Below, in pieces: positions 52,476-61,220 of a stretch of DNA of 64,000 nt. Origin of the DNA: Cyanobacteriota bacterium (GTDB lineage Bacteria > Cyanobacteriota > Cyanobacteriia > Cyanobacteriales > Nostocaceae); assembly GCA_046045965.1 (NCBI GenBank), contig JBJOKS010000014.1, positions 1 through 64,000 of the forward strand, in the 5' to 3' direction. Numbering within the stretch: position 1 is the stretch's first letter; the number at the start of each line of letters is the position of its first letter. The position numbers and the translations under genes were made by a program. The notes beneath the pieces were generated by a model, which was not told where the DNA came from, ran no database searches, and worked only from the letters and a program-made list of their open reading frames with translations.

Positions 52476-53786
52476 ATGTCATCTATCACTATTGAAATTT
52501 TAATCATTTTGGCGCTAATCTTTGCCAACGGTGTATTTTCCATGTCCGAGATGGCCATAGTTTCCGCACGAAAAGTCAGATTACAGCAGTTAGCGAACCA
52601 AGGCAACCTCAACGCCCAAGCTGCATTACAACTGGCAGAGTCTCCCAATCATTTTTTGTCTCTTGTCCAAGTAGGGATTACACTGATCAATATTCTCAAT
52701 GGTGTTTTCGGTGGTGCTACCATTGCCCAAAGGCTAGAGAAGTATGTTCAGCTGGTTCCATTTTTGGCAGACTATAGCCAACCTATCGCTTTTGGTGTGG
52801 TTGTTTTAGTCATCACCTATTTGTCACTGATTATTGGTGAACTCGTACCCAAGCGGTTAGCATTAAACAAACCAGAACGAATTGCTGCATCTGTGGCTAT
52901 TCCTATGCGGGCTTTAGCTACTTTAGCTTCCCCAGTGGTACATCTTTTAAGTTTATCCACAGAAACAGTTTTGCGAATTTTGGGAATTACTCCTTCCGAT
53001 GAACCCCAAGTTACAGAAGAAGAAATTAAAATTTTAATCGAACAAGGAACAGAAGCGGGAACTTTTGAGGAAGCCGAACAGGACATGGTAGAAAGGGTTT
53101 TCCGGTTAGGCGATCGCCCTGTGAGTTCCTTAATGACACCCCGCCCTGATATTGTTTGGTTAGACTTGGAAGACTCCCCAGAAGAAAACCGCCAGAAAAT
53201 GTCCGCAAGTTCCTATTCTCGCTATCCCGTGTGTCAAGAGGGACTTGATCATGTTTTGGGTGTCATTCCTGTGACTGATTTATTAGCCAGGAGTTTACGC
53301 AATGAACCTTTTGATTTAACAATAGGATTACGTCAACCGATATTTGTCCCTGAAAGCACCAGAGGTTTAAAAGTTTTAGAGTTATTTAAACAAACTATCA
53401 CTCACATGGCGTTAGTAGTTGATGAATATGGAGTCATTCAAGGATTAGTCACGCTCAATGATATTATGGGTGAAATTGTTGGTGATGTTCCCGCACAACC
53501 AGGACAGGAAGAACCCCAAGCAGTGCAAAGAGAAGATGGTTCTTGGTTAGTAGATGGGATGTTACCCGTGGAAGAGTTTTTTGAACTTTTTGGTTTAGAA
53601 GAAATTGATGTTGAAGAAATAGGAAGTTTTCAAACTTTGGGTGGTTTAGTGATTACTCATTTAGGACGTATTCCTTCAGCAGCAGATCATTTTGAATGGG
53701 AAGGTATGAGAATTGAAGTCATGGATATGGATGGAAATAGAGTTGATAAAGTTTTGGTTGTACCCAAGGTAATTACTGGACTTTAG
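52476..53786 (+). CDS. Hemolysin-family CNNM (DUF21)-CBS-CorC transporter-associated protein
   Basis: FSMSEMA, GELVPK, MTPR, SRYPV, VVDEYG, TLGG. Confidence 0.92.
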   Translation: MSSITIEILIILALIFANGVFSMSEMAIVSARKVRLQQLANQGNLNAQAALQLAESPNHFLSLVQVGITLINILNGVFGGATIAQRLEKYVQLVPFLADYSQPIAFGVVVLVITYLSLIIGELVPKRLALNKPERIAASVAIPMRALATLASPVVHLLSLSTETVLRILGITPSDEPQVTEEEIKILIEQGTEAGTFEEAEQDMVERVFRLGDRPVSSLMTPRPDIVWLDLEDSPEENRQKMSASSYSRYPVCQEGLDHVLGVIPVTDLLARSLRNEPFDLTIGLRQPIFVPESTRGLKVLELFKQTITHMALVVDEYGVIQGLVTLNDIMGEIVGDVPAQPGQEEPQAVQREDGSWLVDGMLPVEEFFELFGLEEIDVEEIGSFQTLGGLVITHLGRIPSAADHFEWEGMRIEVMDMDGNRVDKVLVVPKVITGL

Positions 53787-53858
53787 ACTAAAAGCACAAA
53801 ATGACTCAGGGAAGCTGAGTTGAAAAAAAAGCAAAGTAAAAAATTCAAAAATGAGAAA

Positions 53859-53966
53859 TTAAGCAGGTTTTGGCTGGGCTTTACGTGAAGGTGAAGTACG
53901 CTTTTTAACGATGGGATAGCGAATTATACGACGAAAATGCTTTTTTGTCCATAGACGAATCCTCAC
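53859..53966 (-). CDS. Possible 35-aa basic small protein MRIRLWTKKHFRRIIRYPIVKKRTSPSRKAQPKPA
   Basis: GTG start preceded by purine-rich GGGTAGG; below the ORF-track cut-off; no homology evidence. Confidence 0.3.
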   Translation of the reverse strand: MRIRLWTKKHFRRIIRYPIVKKRTSPSRKAQPKPA

Positions 53967-54169
53967 CCTACCCAGTTTGCTATCTTCTTGTTCAATAGTT
54001 TGTTCTTTTTTTGCTGTCTCTCGATTTACTGACTATTTACCGATCGCTCTTCTTTTAGTCTAAAGTCTAGTTAGAAATAATAGGTAAAATTGTAATGTAG
54101 CACCAAACCCTTGATAGTGGTGCGTTACATGACGCACCCTAAAAAATTCAGTTGCAAAGGTTTTATCTG

Positions 54170-54826
54170 TTATTCCAAAGCTTGTTTAGCTTCCTTTGCA
54201 ACTGCTTCTACTTCATCATTAACCAAAGTTGTCAAAACAGCTTTAGCTTCCGCAGTACCTAAATTACCTAAAGCTTGAGCTACTCTATAACGAATTTGCC
54301 AATCTGGGTTAGTTGCATAAGGTGTTAAAAGGGGAACAGCATCTGGGTTTCCCAACTCTCCCAGGGAGCTAATAGCCGCAGTTTGCACTAAACCATTATC
54401 GGAAGCAAGTGCTTGTTTGAGTAATTCAAAACCCCGTGGATCTCCCAATGCTCCCAAAGTGGCAATAATACTGAATTGTACCAACCATTCCGGGGTTTTA
54501 TGGTAAAGTTGCTCTAAATCTGCAAAAGCTGCGTGTAATTTCAGCGCACCTAAACAGTCTGCTGCTGCTGCTTGCACATCCGCTTCCGGATCATTGAGTA
54601 GTTCCCGTAATATCTGCAAGGATAAATCTAAATTCTGATCCCCCAGGGTGTCCATTTGACTGACAGCAGAATAACGGACACGGGAATTTTGATCACCAAT
54701 AGCGATTTGTACTAATTCTAAAGCGGTTTTGGGTTCTAGTTCGCGAATTTGATTAACTGCACGTAGGCGATCGCCCAAATTTTCCGAACTCAGTAACTCT
54801 TTCACAGATTCAGCAGATATACTCAT
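54170..54826 (-). CDS. nblB: Phycobilisome degradation HEAT-repeat protein NblB
   Basis: LL.SE.LGDRLRAVNQ, RVRY.AVSQ, EWLVQFSI.A.LG.LGD, DWQIRYR. Confidence 0.83.
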   Translation of the reverse strand: MSISAESVKELLSSENLGDRLRAVNQIRELEPKTALELVQIAIGDQNSRVRYSAVSQMDTLGDQNLDLSLQILRELLNDPEADVQAAAADCLGALKLHAAFADLEQLYHKTPEWLVQFSIIATLGALGDPRGFELLKQALASDNGLVQTAAISSLGELGNPDAVPLLTPYATNPDWQIRYRVAQALGNLGTAEAKAVLTTLVNDEVEAVAKEAKQALE

Positions 54827-54860
54827 TTAATTATCCTATGTTATTATTAGCTTTCAATTT

Positions 54861-54954
54861 GTAGGGGTTTAGCACTGCTAAACCCCTACAGTTATTCTCT
54901 CGTTCCCATACTCTGTATAGGAATGAATTTTGGCAGTCTGAGACCAGGAACGAG
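54861..54954. repeat. REP-like hairpin GTAGGGGTTTAGCA-C-TGCTAAACCCCTAC plus deleted CTCGTTCCCA element
   Basis: Perfect palindrome 54861-54889; element 54899-54954. Confidence 0.85.
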
Positions 54955-54971
54955 GTACTGTAACTTGTCAT

Positions 54972-55430
54972 CTACTCTGCGGCCATAGCGCGAACAATAT
55001 CACCACGAGTCAGAATACCAATGACTTTTCCTGTACCATCAAGCACAGGTAAACGATGCACTTTATGTTCTTGGATGATTTTTGCAGCTTCTTTGAGAGG
55101 TTTATCAGGAGTAATGGTCAGAGGGTTTTTACTCATCACTTCCCCTACAGTTTGTCCTAAAGCTTTATGTAAATCCCGTTCATAAGCACCAGGATTTTGT
55201 AAATAAATCACACTATCCAAAAACATGATGTATGCAGGAGGAGTGACACCGGTTTCTTGCCACATCAGGTCTGTTTCGGATATGATACCCACTAATTTAC
55301 CTGTATCATCAATTACGGGTAAACCGCTAATACGTTTTTCTGCTAAGATTTGGATAGCTTCTTTTAAGGGAGTTTCAGGATGAACCATAATCGGATCATG
55401 GCTCATCACGTCTGCAACGGTTTTAAGCAT
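54972..55430 (-). CDS. CBS-domain pair protein
   Basis: TVADVM, ISGLPV, GIISETDL, VHRLPV, GILTRGDI. Confidence 0.92.
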   Translation of the reverse strand: MLKTVADVMSHDPIMVHPETPLKEAIQILAEKRISGLPVIDDTGKLVGIISETDLMWQETGVTPPAYIMFLDSVIYLQNPGAYERDLHKALGQTVGEVMSKNPLTITPDKPLKEAAKIIQEHKVHRLPVLDGTGKVIGILTRGDIVRAMAAE

Positions 55431-55545
55431 TTTTTTTACTTACACCTTTTATAAAAGTCTTTTTTATTATTGTAGGTAATTGGGGGGTAATAAATAAATA
55501 TTTTTAATAGATTGTTACTTTTAATCTGGAAAATAAATTTATTTT

Positions 55546-55627
55546 GTAGGTTGGGTTGAGGTAAGGAAACCCAAAGCTATTAAATCAAAAGATTTACTGA
55601 TGTAAGTTTTTTGTTCAGCAAATCTAC
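55546..55627. repeat. Degenerate GTAG REP-like element at the boundary of the STAND cluster
   Basis: GTAGGTTGGGTTGAGG..GAAACCCAA ... GTTCAGCAAATCTAC. Confidence 0.6.
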
Positions 55628-55639
55628 ATTTTAATAAAA

Positions 55640-58600
55640 TTAATCTTGCAAATCTCTAACAAGTTTCATTAATTTGTTATATCTCTCTACATTACCTTGA
55701 TTTAAAGATATTTCTGCTGCTTTTGTAAAATCAGCAATAGCAGCTTCGTCATTATAAAATCCCCTGTAAATCAAACCGCGATTACCATAGGCGGAATCTA
55801 GTAAAGGGTCTAGATTAATTGCATTAGTATAATTTTCAATAGCTGCATCGTATTCTTCTAAATTATGCAAGTAGACACCACGATTATAATAAGCATACGC
55901 TAGTTTTTCATTATACTCTTTTGCTAATTCAGATTTTAATTCAATTGCTTCTTTATAATCTTCTATTGCACCTTGATAATCGTTAAGTTTGTTACGCAAA
56001 AAAGCTCTTAAACCATAACCTTCTGCAAAATCATCATTGATATATTTCAGTAACATAGTTAATTTATCTATGCCTTTTTGAATATCTCCTCCATCTCTGA
56101 CATCATCTAATACGTTGTTGTATACTTGTTTCTCCAAATCAGATTGTGCTGTAAAGTAATCTAACAAAATTGTAGAAGAATCATCATGAGAGCTTGGTAA
56201 AATTTGATAGGCTTTCCACAAAGTTCGATAAGCATCATAATAAAATTCAAGTCTAGATAAAGCTTCTCCTTTCTTCCACCAAGCTTGGTAAAAATTAGGA
56301 TCTATTTCTATAACCTCATCAAAAATCTGTACTGCTTCTTCATACTTTCCATAATACAAGAGTTCTGAACATTCACTAAATAACTGTTGTGCTTTTTGCC
56401 ATGCGCCCAATACCAAATCTGAATCATCAGATATTTCACCATTTTCACGAAAGCGCAGAAAATGTATACAACCAGATTTTTCTCCAGCTAAAATTGTTAA
56501 TCCATCTGGAGAAATTGCACAGGATGTTAATTCAGTATTACCATTGAAACTAGCAACTACTTCTCCAGTTTGTAAATCCCAAACTTTGAGAGATTGATCC
56601 TCTGATACTGAAACTGCATATTTACTATTAGGTGAAATAGCTACATCATTAATATAATTTGTATGTTCAGTAAAAGTTTGTATTAATTTTACACCATTAT
56701 TTATATTCCAAACTTTGAGGGTTGTACTATCTAAACGCGAGACTATTTTTGTAGCATCAGGAGTAATAGGAACAGGATTAAAAAATGCTTGGTTTCCACT
56801 TAAAGTTAGTAGTTCTTGAGATGAACCTAAATTCCAAACTTTAATTCCATAATCTCCACTTGATACAACATTTTGATCATCAGGTGTTATGCTAATTGCT
56901 CTAATTCTCTCATATTCCTTATCTCCACTCATGATTAGTAACTCTGTTCCTGTTTGCAAATCCCAAACTTTAATAGTGTTATCTCTGGAAGCAGAAATAA
57001 TTTTCTTGCCATCAGGAGTTATAATTACATCTACAACCCAATCATCATGTCCATTAATTGTCAGTAAGTTCTGACCTGAATTTAAATCCCAAACTTTAAT
57101 TGTTTTATCCTCTGAAGCTGAAACGGCTTTTTTACCGTCAGGAGTAACAGCTAAAGCTAATACATCCTTATCATGTCTCTCTAAACTGAATAACTCTTGA
57201 CCACTGTGTAAATCAAAAACTTTAAGGGTGTTATATTTTGCAGCTGCAATAACCCGTTGACTATCAGGTGTAATTTTAAACATTTGTAATGCTGAACGCC
57301 AAGAAATTTCTACATCATTAAATGTGAATAATTCCCTACATTTATGTAAATCCCAAATTTTTAATTTAAAATGTTCTGCTGAAATAGCTTTTTTACCATC
57401 AGGACTTACTGCTATTGCGTGTACTGTACTTTGATGCCCAGGTAAAATAGGTACTGGTTTATGCTTTTGTAAATTCCAAATTTTGATTGTATTGTCTCGT
57501 GATGCTGAAATTAGATATTTACTATCAGCAGTGACAACTAAATCATTAATATCACCAGAATGACCAATCAATGTTTCTAATGATGGATGAGAACCCCAAT
57601 TACCCCAAATGTTAATAGTATTTTCATCTGAACCTGAAATTATCTTTTCTCCATCAGGAGTTACAGCAATAGCAAGCTCATCAAATGATGCTAAAGCTAG
57701 TGTACCGAAAGAATCTACAGATTGACCAGTTTGTAAATTAAAAATTTTTATATCATCACCTGAAACTAAGATAATTTCTTTGCTATCCGCGCTTATTGTT
57801 ATATCATTTATTTTGTCTTTGTAGGGCTTGATATGAATTAATTCTATGCCATTTAATAAATCCCAAACTCTCACAGTTCTATCATCTGAACCTGAGACAA
57901 TCTTGCAACCATCAGGGGTTATTGCTATAGCATTAATTTGTTCAGTATGTCCGGTCAGAGTCAGCAATTCTTCACCTGTTTCTAAATTCCAAATTTTAAT
58001 AGTCTTATCCCACGAAGCAGAAATAATTTTACTACCATCAGGAGTCACTATTACCGAGGAAACACAATCAGAATGTCCCGTTAAAGTCAGTAATTCTGTA
58101 CCTTTTTTTAAGTCCCAAACTTTAATATTATTATCCTGTGAACCAGAAACTATTTGTTTATTATTAGGAGTTACCGCTACAGACCATACTCTATCTGAAT
58201 GTCCATGTAATGTTCTAATTTCCTGTCCGGTTTGAAAGTCCCAAATTTTAATATTTTTATCCCAAGAACCAGACACTATTTGTATCCCTGCATCAGTATA
58301 AGCTAAAGCTACAGCCATTACTTCTTCAGTGTGTCCTATCAGGGTTCTTAACATTGCTCCCCCTGGTGCGGTTAAGCTGGGGGTTAGGGGATATAATTTG
58401 AGTTCTGGTTGTTGTTTTGCTTGGGTTAATAATTTTCTAATTTCTGGTGTGTCAAAATGTGGTAAACGTCCTAAAAATTGAGCCGCTAGTTGTCTAGTAT
58501 CTACTGCTAAAGCATCTGCGGATAGTCGTAGTGCATCTTGAATTAAAGTGAGACTTTCTTGTGTTTCTTCTGAAAATTCAAGTTGAGATTGTAAGGCTAA

Positions 58601-58786
58601 TTCATAATCAGCAATAAGTGATTCTACTCCTGATTCAGATACTTTGAAATCTAGAAACTCGAAATTTGTTAATAATTTTTGTAATCTTTCTCCTGCTGAT
58701 GATTTTGCTAGATAAGTTGGGATTTCTAAAAAATCTCTGCGCTTATCAATAGGCATATTTGCCAATCGTGTTTTGAAGTTACTCAT
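55640..58786 (-). CDS. APAF-1-like helical domain + ~14-15 WD40 repeats + C-terminal TPR protein
   Basis: N-terminus LLT.FEFL..K....GV..LI.DY / IQ.ALRLS...L..D..QLA.Q.LGRL; repeated GH...V..VA.TPDG..I.S.S.D.TIK.WD; AYYNRG TPRs; ATG overlaps the upstream stop (ATGAGTAA). Confidence 0.85.
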   Translation of the reverse strand: MSNFKTRLANMPIDKRRDFLEIPTYLAKSSAGERLQKLLTNFEFLDFKVSESGVESLIADYELALQSQLEFSEETQESLTLIQDALRLSADALAVDTRQLAAQFLGRLPHFDTPEIRKLLTQAKQQPELKLYPLTPSLTAPGGAMLRTLIGHTEEVMAVALAYTDAGIQIVSGSWDKNIKIWDFQTGQEIRTLHGHSDRVWSVAVTPNNKQIVSGSQDNNIKVWDLKKGTELLTLTGHSDCVSSVIVTPDGSKIISASWDKTIKIWNLETGEELLTLTGHTEQINAIAITPDGCKIVSGSDDRTVRVWDLLNGIELIHIKPYKDKINDITISADSKEIILVSGDDIKIFNLQTGQSVDSFGTLALASFDELAIAVTPDGEKIISGSDENTINIWGNWGSHPSLETLIGHSGDINDLVVTADSKYLISASRDNTIKIWNLQKHKPVPILPGHQSTVHAIAVSPDGKKAISAEHFKLKIWDLHKCRELFTFNDVEISWRSALQMFKITPDSQRVIAAAKYNTLKVFDLHSGQELFSLERHDKDVLALAVTPDGKKAVSASEDKTIKVWDLNSGQNLLTINGHDDWVVDVIITPDGKKIISASRDNTIKVWDLQTGTELLIMSGDKEYERIRAISITPDDQNVVSSGDYGIKVWNLGSSQELLTLSGNQAFFNPVPITPDATKIVSRLDSTTLKVWNINNGVKLIQTFTEHTNYINDVAISPNSKYAVSVSEDQSLKVWDLQTGEVVASFNGNTELTSCAISPDGLTILAGEKSGCIHFLRFRENGEISDDSDLVLGAWQKAQQLFSECSELLYYGKYEEAVQIFDEVIEIDPNFYQAWWKKGEALSRLEFYYDAYRTLWKAYQILPSSHDDSSTILLDYFTAQSDLEKQVYNNVLDDVRDGGDIQKGIDKLTMLLKYINDDFAEGYGLRAFLRNKLNDYQGAIEDYKEAIELKSELAKEYNEKLAYAYYNRGVYLHNLEEYDAAIENYTNAINLDPLLDSAYGNRGLIYRGFYNDEAAIADFTKAAEISLNQGNVERYNKLMKLVRDLQD

Positions 58787-60185
58787 CTCCAAACATTGCC
58801 TCCCATAAATAATCTGCTTTTTGTTTGTTAATTACCTGTAATGAAACTCCTGCTTGTTTAACAATTTCTTGGTCATGCAGAAATTCGGAGAAACTACGAT
58901 GATAAATGCTATAACAAGTTCTATCTTCAATCAGACGTTTATGTAAAAATTGTAGCCATTTTTCTAAAATCTCCTGTACTGTTAATGGTGTTTCGTGAAT
59001 ATATTCAGATATTAATTCACAGGAAATAGGCTGACGGGTTTCTGCTAAATGATAAACTACATACAGTTTAATCATAGGTCTGGGTTCGTCATTCATTCCC
59101 ATGCGTACCCAATGAAATTTATAGTATTCTTGTAAACCTGTGGGTAAACCTTCAAGGTTTAAATCTTGATATTCATTTTCTTCAATATCTCTCATTACAT
59201 GAAATAAATACATGAAATTGTTTTGACTACGATTAGCAATTTCATCAATAAATTTCTCTTGTGTAACTGATTGAGATTTAATCCATTGACGTAAGGTTTC
59301 ACTATTGTTAACTCGATTGCGAACGTATGTACAAATATCCTCTCTACTTTCAGCTTGATATTCTTCGAGTAAGTTTAATATTTGTTTTGGAGAATCTGTC
59401 ATTAATCGTACATTGGCATCACGTCTAACTGTGGTAATAAAGTAAATACCTTGGGGTAAATAACGCGGTAAATACAAAATATTGGCAGTTTTATTTTGTT
59501 TAGATTGATCAACTTCATCTAAAGCATCAACAGCGATAACTACAGGGTTGCCATTGCTTTTTTTAGCTACTTCTTCTAATAATTTGCTTAGAAAAATTCC
59601 ATTATTTTTGGCTTCATCAGATAAAGAATAGGGGAGTTGATACCGTTGAATGATTTGTTGACAAATGCTTTCGAGAAATTGCTGAGGATCATTTTGTCCT
59701 TCTTGTTCAATGTTGAAATGATATATACATTCTGTATCTTGGACATATTTAGCTAAGATGGCACTTTTTCCCATTCCAGGGTCAGCAGTGATGGTGAAAT
59801 AACCATTGGGTTTACTGTTAATAAATTCAGATATGGCACTAAATACATATTCACGTCCTACAAACCCTTCCAACTTACTAGCAATTATCGCTGGTAATGG
59901 TTGAAATGGTATTTCTTTTGGTTGTTCATTTTCTGATTCTTGATTTTTCTTTCTTGCTACTGGAGTTTTATCAACTATATCTTCCCAATTTTCTATTCCT
60001 ACAGCTTTACAGAGAGCAACAAATGTTTCTTGTTCAACTCTCTCACCATGCTGAAAGCGGACTAATGTTGAATCTGAACAATTGGCATATCTGTACCATT
60101 TTATCTCTTTAGTCGTCCAGCCTTTTTTTCTTCTAGCTAAATCAACCATTTCTATTCCTTGTTGAGAAAGTCCGATTGTTGGCAT
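58779..60185 (-). CDS. N-terminal HTH-like + STAND (NACHT/NB-ARC-like) P-loop NTPase lacking a sensor domain
   Basis: FVGRE, ADPGMGKS Walker A, IAVDALDEV Walker B, YSIYH.SF.EFL end of winged helix; start MPTIG at 60185 with AGGTGGAG SD. Confidence 0.82.
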   Translation of the reverse strand: MPTIGLSQQGIEMVDLARRKKGWTTKEIKWYRYANCSDSTLVRFQHGERVEQETFVALCKAVGIENWEDIVDKTPVARKKNQESENEQPKEIPFQPLPAIIASKLEGFVGREYVFSAISEFINSKPNGYFTITADPGMGKSAILAKYVQDTECIYHFNIEQEGQNDPQQFLESICQQIIQRYQLPYSLSDEAKNNGIFLSKLLEEVAKKSNGNPVVIAVDALDEVDQSKQNKTANILYLPRYLPQGIYFITTVRRDANVRLMTDSPKQILNLLEEYQAESREDICTYVRNRVNNSETLRQWIKSQSVTQEKFIDEIANRSQNNFMYLFHVMRDIEENEYQDLNLEGLPTGLQEYYKFHWVRMGMNDEPRPMIKLYVVYHLAETRQPISCELISEYIHETPLTVQEILEKWLQFLHKRLIEDRTCYSIYHRSFSEFLHDQEIVKQAGVSLQVINKQKADYLWEAMFGDE

Positions 60186-60221
60186 ATTTATACTCCACCT
60201 AGTGTTTTTAATTAGCGTCAA

Positions 60222-60253
60222 TTTGGGATCAGTTTGGGATCAGTGATCCAAAA
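60222..60253. promoter_or_regulatory. Putative operator: TTTGGGATCAG x2 followed by inverted TGATCCAAAA
   Basis: Direct and inverted repeats in a divergent intergenic region. Confidence 0.4.
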
Positions 60254-60403
60254 CTGGGATTATTTACCCTTAATTCCTGTGTAATTCTAAAAATTGTCGA
60301 AAGCGAACGTTGGCCAACCCGCTGGAAACTCCATTCCGGGGATTTTGCAGAATCCCCAAAATCAGACCGATTGAAATACAGAGAGTTATCGGGACTTATA
60401 CGT

Positions 60404-60970
60404 ATGCCAGTAGTTAAGCCAATTGTAGCAAAGAATGAGTTGCACGCGGTACAACAGGAGGCGATCGCCAACTATATCCAGTACGCACAGTCACCACTAG
60501 AATTAGAGTTTGGGGAAAAATTGCAGACTAGAGATTTTAGGGCGATCATCTATTATTTCATATATCTCAAACACTGGACACAAGAAAGAACTGTGGGTGC
60601 GCTGACTGGGTACATGATGTTTTTATTTTTAATTTCTGTTTATCATCCCCAGTATCGTATTATTCCCATAATTGACGTAGATGAATTGTGGCATACACAC
60701 ATCTTTTTGAATACAAACAATTATGATCAAGATTGCCAAAAATTATTTGGCTATTATTTAGATCATGCCGCACATATTTCGTTAGAGGAAACAGAAGAAT
60801 ATGATTCTCAAGCGGCTTTTGCTAACACTTTGATTCTGCTAGAAAAACATTTTGGTAGTGCAGCTTTAGTAAAATTAGCTAATACTAACTCTCTACAAGC
60901 AGCCACTTCTGGTCCCGTCACAGCTATTTTCCCATCCAGTAGTTGTGGTCCGATGGTATTTAGAAATTAG
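60404..60970 (+). CDS. Glycine-rich-domain-containing-protein-like (GRDP-like) uncharacterised protein
   Basis: Y..FL.L...P, P..DVDELWHTHI..T..Y..DC..LFG..LDH, F..T..L....FG motif; start ATG 60404 or TTG 60371. Confidence 0.75.
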   Translation: MPVVKPIVAKNELHAVQQEAIANYIQYAQSPLELEFGEKLQTRDFRAIIYYFIYLKHWTQERTVGALTGYMMFLFLISVYHPQYRIIPIIDVDELWHTHIFLNTNNYDQDCQKLFGYYLDHAAHISLEETEEYDSQAAFANTLILLEKHFGSAALVKLANTNSLQAATSGPVTAIFPSSSCGPMVFRN

Positions 60971-60992
60971 ATATTTTCTGATATACCTAATA

Positions 60993-61126
60993 CACAGCAT
61001 TTCTTGTTGAGGTACACATCTAGCTGTCAAGATGCCCGCACCACAAGAGTTTTATTATTCAAGTTTGTACTTCATTTGCCCGAAATCTGCTGTAATTGTA
61101 GGAGTTTAGCATTGCTAAACCCCTAC
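60993..61126. repeat. Small IR element (ACAGCATTTC...GAAATCTGCTGT) followed by a GTAG REP-like hairpin
   Basis: Imperfect terminal IR; hairpin 61098-61126. Confidence 0.55.
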
Positions 61127-61220
61127 GACTGTATTAATAATTAGAGATATTGTGTTTGTGCTATTATTGAACCAAAACTAATATTATTTAAATTTGATTT
61201 AAATTTGATTTAAATTAAAT

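Noticed and set aside
56500..58350. WD40 nucleotide repeats as a DGR or hypervariable cassette
   Set aside because: Repeats are diverged protein repeats; no reverse transcriptase or adenine-specific TR/VR pair seen
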